A stretch of DNA of 64,000 nt from a phage: NCBI GenBank assembly GCA_024682255.1, contig GCA_024682255.1_4716.1; one strand, given 5' to 3'. The translations under genes were made by a program, and so were the position numbers. Numbering within the stretch: position 1 is the first letter of the stretch; each line of letters starts with the position of its first letter. Below, in pieces: positions 1-9,733 of this stretch. The notes under the pieces are model-generated. The model saw nothing but the letters and a program-made list of their open reading frames with translations, had not been told where the DNA came from and searched no databases.

Positions 1-78
1 CAGAAGAAACAACCACATCTGAGGAAACGACGACCAACACAACGTCAGAAGACGACACTTCAGGTGACATTGTTTAAA
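1..78 (+). CDS. C-terminal end of a gene starting upstream of the window (partial); Thr/Glu/Asp-rich tail
   Basis: Frame 3 is open from the window edge to TAA at 76-78 (EETTTSEETTTNTTSEDDTSGDIV*), followed by a hairpin at 110-143. Too short to evaluate on its own. Confidence 0.3.
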
Positions 79-109
79 CGGATGTAAAAAAAAAATAACA
101 CATAGTTAA

Positions 110-143
110 CCTTCTCCCCAACCCGATGAGGGAAGGGGAGAAG
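110..143 (-). terminator. Intrinsic terminator hairpin between convergent genes
   Basis: Arms ccttctcccc / ggggagaagg are perfectly complementary. An A10 run at 87-96 on the plus strand becomes a U-tract immediately 3' of the hairpin on the minus-strand RNA, giving a classic rho-independent terminator for the gene at 162-437. Confidence 0.7.
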
Positions 144-161
144 GGCTATGCGCTATTTAAT

Positions 162-437
162 TTATTTCGAGGTTAACCACGATTCAATTGTGGTGAGTTT
201 GCTTCTCAGTACGCGCCAACTAGGGTGTGGTGGGATCACAGCGCCTTTGTCGATTACGGTTAGCTGAACCTGGTACTTCTGTTGCATACGTGCTACCGTG
301 TCGCTTATCGAGAGGAAAAGCTGGTAACGTTCATATGCCGTCAGTTCACTGTCCTGTTGAACTGCGTTGGCCGCTAACGTAATTTCGCGTAAGTCCTTTG
401 CATCCACAGAGACGGTAATGAGTTTATATTGACTCAT
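162..437 (-). CDS. hypothetical protein (91 aa)
   Basis: ATG start at 437 with AAGGAAA Shine-Dalgarno-like site upstream; stop at 162. Confidence 0.6.
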   Translation of the reverse strand: MSQYKLITVSVDAKDLREITLAANAVQQDSELTAYERYQLFLSISDTVARMQQKYQVQLTVIDKGAVIPPHPSWRVLRSKLTTIESWLTSK

Positions 438-456
438 ACGGTTTCCTTATCAACTA

Positions 457-478
457 GGGTATTGCAAATACAATACCC
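457..478 (-). terminator. Stem-loop downstream of the 852-aa gene
   Basis: Perfect 8-bp inverted repeat gggtattg / caataccc with a 6-nt loop, directly after the stop at 499. Confidence 0.45.
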
Positions 479-498
479 GTCGTCGGACGATAAGTTAA

Positions 499-3057
499 TT
501 ACTGCTCATCACGTTCCAGCAGATACTCGGAAGCGGTAATACCGTTTACCGTACGTACTGCTTTCAGACGAGTATCATCACTCAGAATCACAGTAACAGA
601 TTGTAGACCTTTTACTTTGGTTTCGAAGGTCTTGAATACCTGATCCAGCATACGAGCAATGCTTGGGTTGGTTGCAGCCGATGCGTGAGTGTAACCGCTC
701 TGGTTCAGCTTCAGAATCTTGGCGTTGGTCGGTACGCGAACAACAACATGCGGACGCATCGCGAACACGCTGTGATTAAACCAGTAAGCATCGTTGCTAT
801 CTTCGTCGGTAACGATGTCCGGATTAACACGCATATCCTCGATAGCCGCATCCGCCAAACGACGTTCGATTTCGTCAGCATCCAGAGAGCCATCTTTCTC
901 CAGTTCTGCACGATACTCGCTCATGGCAACCAGATGACGTTCACGATTCGCTGCGGATTTTTCGTGAGCTGCTTTCAGGTAGTCATGCATGTTGTACAGT
1001 TCAGCCATGGAAAGACGAATGTTCCACTGACCTTCGCCATCACGATTGCAGTAGAGACACTTCAGCATGTTGACCCAGGTGTAGTAGCAATTGGAGAATT
1101 CATCTTCAATGAACTTCTGGTCCATTTTAAGATCGTGAATCAGCCAACCGGACAGTTCTCCGATATCATCAACGAAGCTAGAGATGGTGGTTTCAGAGAA
1201 GTTCTTCGGTACGATACGTTTGATCAGCTTATTGACGTCTTTGGTCATGCTATCGTTCAGGAAATGCCAAATACGCAGAGGAATGACATCTCGATACTGT
1301 TGCATGATCTGACGATAAGCTTTGATATCGTCGCTACGACCTTTATCAATAGACAACGCATCCAGGAATTCATGGATTGCATCCAGCTCTTTGTCGGTAT
1401 AGGTTCCCAGATAGGAATTGACGGTGGCCAGGAATGCTAATGCGTCGTTTTGGTTAACGTCGGTGTTGGTCTGCTGAATGATCGCCACTGCAGCTTTAGT
1501 TTCAGCATCCTCAACGCTTGACGCTGCGATTGCATCGGTGACGGTAAACAGTTTCATTTCGCGCTGCTCACCGACAACGATTGGCTCACGCTGAACCGGC
1601 TTGTTAAGACTAACACGAACAACTTCTGCTTGCGCGATACGATCCAGTTTTGCCATTTCCTGCTCTGCCATACGACGAGCGGTTGGATCTGATTCAAGTT
1701 CGATGTATTCCACTTCTTCCTCCGTGAGGGATGTAATGTCAACAATGGTTTCATGAAGAATTCCGTTTTCGTCGATACGTGCTCGACGAGCGAAGTGCCT
1801 GAAGTCATACAACGTCGGCCAACGACTATTAGGTGCGTAGTCTTTGGCTTTCAGACGCATCTGCATAAATTCATCATGTTGAACAACACGACCGTAACGC
1901 TTAGCATCTTCGGTCGCATCAATTGGATTAACGGTCTTTGTTGCCGTAGCGGAACGAGCCGTACGAACCGGTTCCGGTTTCACCTGCGCCGGTTCAGGTT
2001 GAACGGGTTTCTGCTGTCCAGCCTTAACATGCCATTCTGGCTCTTCGTACTGTTCAGCAAATTGCTCAGCCGCTGCAAAGATATCGTTGATACCACCAAT
2101 ATCTCCTTCAGGATTTGTCGAGTAAATCCGTGGTTGTGGTGCCTCGTAACGCGGCGCTGTAGCAGCAGGTGCATCATCAACGATAGGATCGTCATCACCA
2201 ACATCATACAAACGGTTGAACGCACAATCCTTCGAATCGATGTACGATGGCGCTTGTGGTTGAACAACCGTCGGCCGAGGTTGTGCGCCGTATCCTGGCG
2301 TTGTTGGAGCCATACCACGCATAACTGCCGGATTAGGCCGGTATTGCGGTTGCGGATAGGTTCCACCATACATGGCGTACGCTGGCTGTTGTGGTTGACC
2401 GTACCCGCCACTAACCATCGCGCTTGCTTGCGGACCACGATAAGTCATCCCCATCTGCATCACCTGCTGCTTCAAACCACGTGACTTCTGAGCGATTTGC
2501 GCCAGGCTCCCACTTTTATTCAGCTGCGTGTACTTATTCGCGGCTTCCGGGTTAATGCGTGATAATTCAATCGCGCGATAATATTCCGGGTACTGATTCG
2601 GTTCAAAGAGCCACGTTACAAGATGATACAGCGCAACTGTGCTCACGGCAGCAGAGACGATCTGGTCGTCGGACGCGTTCTGTGGCATCGGGTTGATGTA
2701 AGAGAACACGTTCCAACAACAGTCTTCAACAAGCGATTCCATCATCATGTCGTTATTGGTATAACGTGCGACGAACTCGGTTTGTATTTTGTCTTGCTGA
2801 GCGAAGTCTTTCAGGACATTAAAGATGGCTTGACGGATTTTGACGATCGTCGCTTCTTGGGTGATGAAGTTATAGTTCTGCTGATATGAGGGTTGTTGGT
2901 ATTGTGGTGGTTGATAGGCGTTATTCGGGTATGCGCCGTACGGCGATTGCTGATACTGTTGCTGACGAACCTGTTCAGCCGTATAATTAACCGTGCTCGT
3001 ATAAGGGTTTTCGCTATAGCCCATTTGTTGATACATGTTGTTACTGCCGTTATACAT
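499..3057 (-). CDS. hypothetical large protein (852 aa) with Gln/Tyr/Pro-rich low-complexity N-terminal region
   Basis: ATG at 3057 with AAAGGAT upstream. The first ~250 aa are compositionally biased (repeated YQQ, PQ, GY motifs). No recognisable catalytic motif. Confidence 0.8.
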   Translation of the reverse strand: MYNGSNNMYQQMGYSENPYTSTVNYTAEQVRQQQYQQSPYGAYPNNAYQPPQYQQPSYQQNYNFITQEATIVKIRQAIFNVLKDFAQQDKIQTEFVARYTNNDMMMESLVEDCCWNVFSYINPMPQNASDDQIVSAAVSTVALYHLVTWLFEPNQYPEYYRAIELSRINPEAANKYTQLNKSGSLAQIAQKSRGLKQQVMQMGMTYRGPQASAMVSGGYGQPQQPAYAMYGGTYPQPQYRPNPAVMRGMAPTTPGYGAQPRPTVVQPQAPSYIDSKDCAFNRLYDVGDDDPIVDDAPAATAPRYEAPQPRIYSTNPEGDIGGINDIFAAAEQFAEQYEEPEWHVKAGQQKPVQPEPAQVKPEPVRTARSATATKTVNPIDATEDAKRYGRVVQHDEFMQMRLKAKDYAPNSRWPTLYDFRHFARRARIDENGILHETIVDITSLTEEEVEYIELESDPTARRMAEQEMAKLDRIAQAEVVRVSLNKPVQREPIVVGEQREMKLFTVTDAIAASSVEDAETKAAVAIIQQTNTDVNQNDALAFLATVNSYLGTYTDKELDAIHEFLDALSIDKGRSDDIKAYRQIMQQYRDVIPLRIWHFLNDSMTKDVNKLIKRIVPKNFSETTISSFVDDIGELSGWLIHDLKMDQKFIEDEFSNCYYTWVNMLKCLYCNRDGEGQWNIRLSMAELYNMHDYLKAAHEKSAANRERHLVAMSEYRAELEKDGSLDADEIERRLADAAIEDMRVNPDIVTDEDSNDAYWFNHSVFAMRPHVVVRVPTNAKILKLNQSGYTHASAATNPSIARMLDQVFKTFETKVKGLQSVTVILSDDTRLKAVRTVNGITASEYLLERDEQ

Positions 3058-3091
3058 TTCTTACGATCCTTTTTATTTATTCGGTTAGGTG

Positions 3092-4888
3092 TCAATCGAT
3101 TATGTCGTGATCGTTAATTTCTACAATTTCTTCATCGAATCGACCGACGTCTTTCTTCAAGCCTGCATTGGTTGCTGCAACGTCATTTGCGATTTGTGGG
3201 GTAATGATTAACCGACCGCGTTCGTCGATAGGTGCGTACATACTGAACTTCTGACGTCCGGTTGGTTCGGAGTGTGGAAGATTCAGATAGCTTGCGCAGA
3301 ACGGGATGGAACCACTAACCAAACGACTCTCGTCAGCCAATGCAGCACCGCCTGCGTTTTGGCTCTGGAGAACAACATGCGTGCTCACTTTGAACAGCAT
3401 GCAATCACCAGGTGACTGAATCGATGTTGCCACTTTCTCACGTTTATCACGATTGCTCTGGATATTGAGAATCGCTTCCGTTGCAACTTGATTTCGCAAC
3501 GCTTTCTGTACATCGCGATTGGTCATCTCTTTACGGTTGTTCTGTCGTTTACCACGTTCTGTGGTTTTAAGATGGAACCCCAGTTTAAAGATGCTCTTAC
3601 GCACATCCTCCATGACATATTCCAACACCATCAATTCCTTACCGAACATCGTCGTGGTATCAACACGACTCATTTCGATAGTAACATTGTCGATCAGATA
3701 CGCCATAAATTCGTAGAAGTCGTCGCAAGGAATATTTTCCTGTTTGAACTTCTTCTGCTGAATCTCGTCAACGTAAAGATCGAGACTGTCGATGTGGTGG
3801 TTTACATCACGCAACAAACGCGCATCCGCATTGTTGTTATTAAAGATAATCAAACCGAGTAATGTACGCCAATGGTCTGGCGCATTCGCGAACTCTTCAA
3901 CCGGATAATCTTCCGGAAAACGATCGTAATAACGGTCGATGAGATACAAGAATGCACCGACAAGGCCAAGAACAATACGTTCCGTGCCTCCGCGTCTTAC
4001 AGCAATTTGAATATCAGGATGTTTGTAACGTACAGCGCTAGCGCTACGACTTTTACCGCTTTTGCTGATACTAAAGCCTTTAGGAATAACCCCCATGGTG
4101 CGATAGATTACCCATTGGTCACGCGGAAAATCGCGTTCAGCAAGGTTCCGTCCGGTTACGGCTTCGACACCCGCAAAACGTCGGAAACACTCACCCACCC
4201 CATACTTCGCAAAGAGATAGTGACCCAGTGTGGTTACGCTGGTGTGGTTGATGTTGTCACCGTTCACTTTACTTTGTTTGGTAAGATGATAGATTTGCGA
4301 CCAGGGTAATGACAGGTAATGACGATAATCGATACCGGTCGGTGTATCATTGCTCAGGAACTGATACGGTGTACGTTTAACCGTGATTTTGTCACGCGGA
4401 AGCATGATGAATGCCATGTCTTTCGTGTAACTGATTACAGGGTCAGCGAGCACCGCGCTGAGAATGAAGTTCGCACCACGTAGACGCATTTTACCACCCT
4501 GACCTACCGCGGGTAATAGGAGAGGATGTCGGATAATGCAGTAGTCCTTTCCGGGTTCACGACGGTCACCTGATTCCATCGCGCCGTACCAGCGGAATTC
4601 TAGCATCACCATAAACACATCGGAAGGCGCAAGGTCGAAGGTCAGCTTACCGCTATCCTTCCCTTTGGTTTTCTTTCCTCCGCTTAAGTAGTGGAACTGT
4701 TCGCGGGCCATACAGCGACGCAGGCCATGATACACCAGATCCTTAGGTAAACTATCTTTGCTGTTCCGCCAAAGACGATCAACATAGGACTCAACATCTT
4801 GCATCTTATCGACGACGATGTTGCGTGCTATCTTCTCGTTCATCTTCGGTGCAAGCTCAGCGACAGCTTTGCAGAATCTAGGATCCAT
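3092..4888 (-). CDS. hypothetical protein (598 aa)
   Basis: The ORF track starts at a GTG at 4891; the adjacent ATG at 4886-4888 with AAAGGAG five nt upstream is the more likely start. Confidence 0.8.
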   Translation of the reverse strand: MDPRFCKAVAELAPKMNEKIARNIVVDKMQDVESYVDRLWRNSKDSLPKDLVYHGLRRCMAREQFHYLSGGKKTKGKDSGKLTFDLAPSDVFMVMLEFRWYGAMESGDRREPGKDYCIIRHPLLLPAVGQGGKMRLRGANFILSAVLADPVISYTKDMAFIMLPRDKITVKRTPYQFLSNDTPTGIDYRHYLSLPWSQIYHLTKQSKVNGDNINHTSVTTLGHYLFAKYGVGECFRRFAGVEAVTGRNLAERDFPRDQWVIYRTMGVIPKGFSISKSGKSRSASAVRYKHPDIQIAVRRGGTERIVLGLVGAFLYLIDRYYDRFPEDYPVEEFANAPDHWRTLLGLIIFNNNNADARLLRDVNHHIDSLDLYVDEIQQKKFKQENIPCDDFYEFMAYLIDNVTIEMSRVDTTTMFGKELMVLEYVMEDVRKSIFKLGFHLKTTERGKRQNNRKEMTNRDVQKALRNQVATEAILNIQSNRDKREKVATSIQSPGDCMLFKVSTHVVLQSQNAGGAALADESRLVSGSIPFCASYLNLPHSEPTGRQKFSMYAPIDERGRLIITPQIANDVAATNAGLKKDVGRFDEEIVEINDHDIID

Positions 4889-4927
4889 CACACACTCCTT
4901 TCAGAAAGTTGCTTAAGCAGATTAAAG

Positions 4928-6364
4928 TTACTTTTTCGATGCCGCTTTCTCAAGAATCTTGAAAAAGGTCATACCTATACCGACAACGGCCGCAGTTATA
5001 CTCGCAGCGGCTTTCCAAACATCGACGTTACGTTGACGTCGCGCTTCTTCCGCCTCACGTTGTCTTTTTGCCTCTTCATCTCGACGACGTAGCTCGGCCG
5101 TGAATTCATCATGCTTACGTTTCGCGTCCTCATCTCGGCGACGCATTTCAGCGATAAATTCATCGTGCTTTCGTTTTGCTTCCTCATCACGACGTTTTAA
5201 ATCAGCTTGATAATCTTCGTGTATTTGTCTACGTAGATCATCTTGACGTTTCATTTCGGCTTGGTGTTGTTCCATCCTACGTTTTTGTTCGTCTTTAAGC
5301 TGATCGAGTTCGGCTTTATGTTGTTCATCACGCAGCTTTGCGTCGGCGCGATGCGCCTCGTGCATCTGTGCGATAACTGCCTTGTGTTCATCCGCCATAC
5401 GTCGCATTTCAGCCATCACCCCTTTAAGGGTTTCTTCTGATGCCTTACGTTCGTAGCTACGTTGGTCGAAATCATTTTTGTAGGCTTCTTTTTGGACGGG
5501 GTCGCGCCAATGCAATGCCGATTCACGTGTCGGAAAAACATTGTACTTCCACATCTCTTTTTCCAAATCTTCGACCGGTACGAAGATGGAGTCATTATTC
5601 CCGAAGGTAACCAACATACCTGGCGCGCCTGCTCCATTCGTTGGTTTTATTTCGAACGCTTTCCCCAGCACGTTAACCCATAAGCTATACGGATTATGAA
5701 AGTCGGGTGGCGTCCAATGGATAGTGAGTTGTGTTCCGAGAATCCGGAAACCCTCTGTTTTTCCCGTCAAGCTCCGCGCGCACGTTGCGATGTAGGGGTG
5801 ATCAATCCCTTTCGTAACGTGGTCTGCGCTTTTGTATTCTCCTTTAACTTTTACGATTGCCACGTTGATTTGCGCGACATAAGCGGGTTGATTAAAGTTC
5901 AACGTGTTGAGGTCAATTTGACATATCTCATCCAGCGTATCGTACCAGTCTTGCTGGTCTAATAGACGCGGCATTTTCTCTGTGTTAACAATACGACGGA
6001 TATGCGGTTTCCTTATCGCGTAACCTGTGCCGTTTTTAACACGGAGTATATCCCGACGTCTACCCGCGTAGACGAAGTTTCTGAATGCACCATTCGCATT
6101 AGATACGTCATGGCTGTCAACTATTACAGGACTACGAAATTTTGAACGTCGTACGATCCTGAATGTATTGCCGTCCTCAACCCTACCAGGAATGTACTGG
6201 AACATATTGTCGGAGGTGATAACCAACACGGTATGGCCAGATTCATTAATACATGCCCATCCTAATTCCAGGTCATATAACGGTTCAGCATAACCGTCAA
6301 TGCGATAAGCGTGCGTACCATCCCACGGTTCGAACGCGGTATCACATATTGGCATGGAGGGCAT
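4928..6364 (-). CDS. hypothetical protein with tandem charged coiled-coil repeats and a C-terminal transmembrane anchor
   Basis: ATG at 6362-6364 with GGAGG upstream (the track's TTG at 6370 is probably not the start). Near the C-terminus the 18-aa unit RRDE[ED]AKRKHDEF[IT]AE[ML]R occurs twice in tandem with a third partial copy, followed by hydrophobic AAASITAAVVGIGMTFF. Confidence 0.8.
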   Translation of the reverse strand: MPSMPICDTAFEPWDGTHAYRIDGYAEPLYDLELGWACINESGHTVLVITSDNMFQYIPGRVEDGNTFRIVRRSKFRSPVIVDSHDVSNANGAFRNFVYAGRRRDILRVKNGTGYAIRKPHIRRIVNTEKMPRLLDQQDWYDTLDEICQIDLNTLNFNQPAYVAQINVAIVKVKGEYKSADHVTKGIDHPYIATCARSLTGKTEGFRILGTQLTIHWTPPDFHNPYSLWVNVLGKAFEIKPTNGAGAPGMLVTFGNNDSIFVPVEDLEKEMWKYNVFPTRESALHWRDPVQKEAYKNDFDQRSYERKASEETLKGVMAEMRRMADEHKAVIAQMHEAHRADAKLRDEQHKAELDQLKDEQKRRMEQHQAEMKRQDDLRRQIHEDYQADLKRRDEEAKRKHDEFIAEMRRRDEDAKRKHDEFTAELRRRDEEAKRQREAEEARRQRNVDVWKAAASITAAVVGIGMTFFKILEKAASKK

Positions 6365-6572
6365 CGTCAACCTCCATCTGATTGAAAACTATCACGCATA
6401 ACGCATTTCCCTTTTCTTGTTCTTATCAATCCGACAGCCGACGGTTTCAGCATCGTTCCTAGCGCGAGAACGACCTTACGTGTTGTCTATGCCTTATTCA
6501 TCGCAGGCGTCTGTCACCTAGGTAATGTAAGCGTCAAATTTTTTCTATTCGCAACGATAAACGGCATAGAAA

Positions 6573-6603
6573 CCTCCCCCAACCCTTACGGGCTGAGGGA
6601 GGC
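6573..6603 (-). terminator. GC-rich hairpin of the dispersed family, downstream of the 740-aa gene
   Basis: cctccc...gggagg arms 100 bp past the stop at 6702; preceded on the plus strand by catag, which is TATG on the minus strand after the hairpin. Confidence 0.55.
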
Positions 6604-6701
6604 TGACTTATGTATCACGGTGCCGGATGAATGTCCGGTGCAATGAAACCATCCGCAACGTTGTCGTCAAGAATATCATCCAACGAAGCAGCTACGGTAG
6701 T

Positions 6702-8924
6702 TCAGTTGGTCTGAACCGGCAGCTTGATGTTTTCAGTGTAGACCTTACGCAGGTTCACAACGTTAATCAGACCCAGCAGCGGGCAGTTGTTAACGAAGCG
6801 GCAGCGCGGCTGAACCATGGTTTCTTTAGAAACCTGACCGTTACGGGTAACCTGAGCAACAGATACCAGTTCCGGTACATACAGGAACATACCGAAGGTC
6901 AGCGGATCCGGAGAACCCTGGATACCACGAGACAGGGTCACGAAGATCTTATCGCGCAGCATGACGTTCGGGTTATCTACAACCACGAAGTTGAAGCTTA
7001 CACCAACGGTACGGAAATCACCATCGGTCTGCAGGAACTGCGGGATGTAGTTGTCAGTTGCTACTACGCAACGCGGTTTCTCATCAGCGTTGGAAGACAG
7101 CAGCTGCAGAGCTGGCTGATAACCAGACTCGGAGTACATGCGGTATGCCATTTCACGAATCACGTTCATGATCGCAGCAGACACTTCAGCACGACGTTCT
7201 GCAGTGGTGGTACCCTGAACAGATTTCTCCAGGTCCAGATTGATTTCTTCGAACCACGGACGGATCAGGTAACGACCGAAACCTTCGATCTGGATGTCGC
7301 CGAACTGACGGAAGCGAGAGGTCGCAACCGCTTTCAGTGCGTCTTTGTAGCTGAACAGTTTCTCAACCATCAGGTTGTCGAAACGTGCGTTAGCAGCTTG
7401 GATCAGAACGTCCAGGTCAGCAGCGTTTTCTTCCCAATCCAGCGGACGAGGAATGGAGAACGGAGCCAGCAGGCCGATTGCGTAACGTTCTTGCTTCATG
7501 TTGAAGTCAAGGTGCTTACCACGCTCACGACGGTTGCTGTTGTTACGGCGGATACGCAGTTCGTAACCAACCAGTTTGAAGCTCAGGTCTTCAGCCAGTT
7601 GTTTGAACTCTTCGCTCTTACGCGGTTGTTCGATGTTGTCCTGATCAACCAGGCGATACAGTTCAGCGTTAGCGCCGTTAACACGCAGACCGGCTTTCTC
7701 TACGTTGGAAGAACCGTAAACTTCGATTGCCAGCTGAGCAGCGGATTTCGCATCGATGATGTCCTGCAGCGCTTCGGCTTTCGCGCCTTTAACGTCAACG
7801 GTGTTCTCATCAACGAAGATGGAGTGGGTGTCGAACGCCAGGGTCATTTTGCGGAAGTCGCCTTCCAGGGATTTCTGGAAACCGTTGGTGATCAGACCAG
7901 ATACGTCGAACGGTACGTAAGAGGTTTTGCTGTGCTTGGTAGATTTGATTTCCACCAGGATTTTGGTCAGCGTGATCTGGGCGTCCAGTGCGTCGGTGTT
8001 GTCGCTGTAACCGTTAGCCAGGATGCTATCGTCTTCAGCAATACCGATCATGTCGATCAGTTTATCAACAGCCAGGTAAGACGTTTTATAAGTTACGCCT
8101 TTAATTTCGATGTCACGCGGAGCAACGATAGTTTTGTCAACGAAGTACTGTGCGTTAGCATCGTCAGCACGATAGATCGGATGCAGATCGGTCACGTCGT
8201 TGGACAGAACGTCGTTGTACATGAACGCATCCAGCAGCGGACGACGTACCCAATCAGCCGGAGTACCGTCAGCGTTACGACGCAGGTGGTTGAACACCAG
8301 CGGACGACGGAAAGATACGTCGTAACCGATCTGGTTCGGAGCCAGAACGATGGTGTTATACAGTTCGTTACCCATGCGGCTCAGACGAGAAGCCTTCACG
8401 TTGAACACAACGGAGTACGGCATCATGTCACGCAGTTCTTTCTGGTCGTAGGACAGCTGAACCAGTTCTTCAGATTCGCAACCGCAGGAATCAGCAGCCA
8501 TCATGACGAAGTTAGAGCTGTCAACTTCACGGCCAGACGGAGTGGTGCTGATGTTCATGGAACGTGCTTGTTTAGCATATTCCACCGGGTTACCATGAGC
8601 CAGCATGATCAGTGCTGCTGCACGAGCCTGCTGTGCGTTCATGGTGAACAGCTGTTCTTCAATACGCTGCTTCTCTTCCGGAGTGGTGGTTTCGAAGCCC
8701 AGCATGGACAGAACCGGTTCTTCGGCTTTACGGATGTCGCTGCTGAAGCTCTTAACATCCATTTCGTTAACCAGTTTGTCCATGGATTTGAAATCAACCT
8801 TAGAAGCAGATTCCATAGACAGGAAGGTGTTCTCCAGACCTTTGTCTGCTGGTTTGCTACCATTAGCGGTCAGGAACTGGCGAGTGGCCGCGACCTGTTG
8901 GCTAAGAAGGGTTTTATCATTCAT
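6702..8924 (-). CDS. abundant virion structural protein, putative major capsid protein (740 aa)
   Basis: ATG at 8924 with AAGGATA upstream. Strong codon bias (CGT, CTG, GAA, AAC preferred) indicates high expression, and the length matches jumbo-phage major capsid proteins. No fold-diagnostic motif is readable, so tail sheath or another abundant protein cannot be excluded. Confidence 0.45.
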   Translation of the reverse strand: MNDKTLLSQQVAATRQFLTANGSKPADKGLENTFLSMESASKVDFKSMDKLVNEMDVKSFSSDIRKAEEPVLSMLGFETTTPEEKQRIEEQLFTMNAQQARAAALIMLAHGNPVEYAKQARSMNISTTPSGREVDSSNFVMMAADSCGCESEELVQLSYDQKELRDMMPYSVVFNVKASRLSRMGNELYNTIVLAPNQIGYDVSFRRPLVFNHLRRNADGTPADWVRRPLLDAFMYNDVLSNDVTDLHPIYRADDANAQYFVDKTIVAPRDIEIKGVTYKTSYLAVDKLIDMIGIAEDDSILANGYSDNTDALDAQITLTKILVEIKSTKHSKTSYVPFDVSGLITNGFQKSLEGDFRKMTLAFDTHSIFVDENTVDVKGAKAEALQDIIDAKSAAQLAIEVYGSSNVEKAGLRVNGANAELYRLVDQDNIEQPRKSEEFKQLAEDLSFKLVGYELRIRRNNSNRRERGKHLDFNMKQERYAIGLLAPFSIPRPLDWEENAADLDVLIQAANARFDNLMVEKLFSYKDALKAVATSRFRQFGDIQIEGFGRYLIRPWFEEINLDLEKSVQGTTTAERRAEVSAAIMNVIREMAYRMYSESGYQPALQLLSSNADEKPRCVVATDNYIPQFLQTDGDFRTVGVSFNFVVVDNPNVMLRDKIFVTLSRGIQGSPDPLTFGMFLYVPELVSVAQVTRNGQVSKETMVQPRCRFVNNCPLLGLINVVNLRKVYTENIKLPVQTN

Positions 8925-9073
8925 TGAAAGTATCCTTTACAGAATTAACTTATATAAGTCGGTCGATAGACCATAGCGTACACGCGTGCATGCGCCACTA
9001 TAGTATCAGTAAACACTTACCGTTATTGAGGTCGTGATACAACACTAAAAATGCCGCATAACTTTTCCCTACG

Positions 9074-9694
9074 TCACAAACGACGCAGGCGATAATGGAT
9101 GGAACGATTGGTGCAATATGAACGGAACAGCGGCAATTGCGCAACTTCCGCAAGACTCATATTAATTCGCAGGTGTTCAATAACGGCGCTGTAGTTATCA
9201 GCAATACGATCGCTCAATAACTCTTCTGCCAATAAAGGAAGACAATCGACAACAATCGCGATCACATCCTCATTAACATAACGCACCCGAACACTCAACG
9301 GACGTTTGTCTGGGCTGTAAGTTGGATCCGCCAAACGACGTTCAATATCACGCGGATAGCTCGTCAGTAAATGGTAATAACCATTGTCATAACGATTGAT
9401 GTACTCACACAGCACATCAACATTCTTCTCTGGCGGCAAACCTGTTTCGTCATAGTGATACGCAAACATACCACCAAGCAGGTTGTTAAGATGAACCGCA
9501 GGGTTCGCTTGTTCGTGTTCTTTCGTGATGAAGAAAGGCACGTTCTGGGCTGCGAAATAAAAACCTACATCATTGGGCGATAGTATGCCGAAAAGACTTT
9601 TAGGATCCAATAACACCTGTAAGTCGTCACGCGCATTTCGAATAATCGCGTGTTCTACCCAATTCGGAACGACGAGATATCGGAGTTCCTTCAT
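9074..9694 (-). CDS. hypothetical protein (206 aa)
   Basis: ATG at 9694; divergent from the helicase-like gene starting 40 bp away. Confidence 0.75.
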   Translation of the reverse strand: MKELRYLVVPNWVEHAIIRNARDDLQVLLDPKSLFGILSPNDVGFYFAAQNVPFFITKEHEQANPAVHLNNLLGGMFAYHYDETGLPPEKNVDVLCEYINRYDNGYYHLLTSYPRDIERRLADPTYSPDKRPLSVRVRYVNEDVIAIVVDCLPLLAEELLSDRIADNYSAVIEHLRINMSLAEVAQLPLFRSYCTNRSIHYRLRRL

Positions 9695-9733
9695 TATGAT
9701 TACCTCTTTGCAAGTATCGAAAGGATTGAGTCG

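Noticed and set aside
685-2484. Plus-strand ORFs of about 250 aa (685-1440, 1753-2484) inside the 852-aa minus-strand gene
   Set aside because: Same antisense artefact; no ribosome-binding site.
6627-8927. 766-aa ORF on the plus strand, antisense to the putative capsid gene
   Set aside because: It is a mirror ORF created by the strong codon bias of the minus-strand gene. Its translation is rich in V, F, Q and R runs, has no ribosome-binding site, and opposes the local minus-strand gene order. The minus-strand frame has a clean ATG and Shine-Dalgarno-like site.
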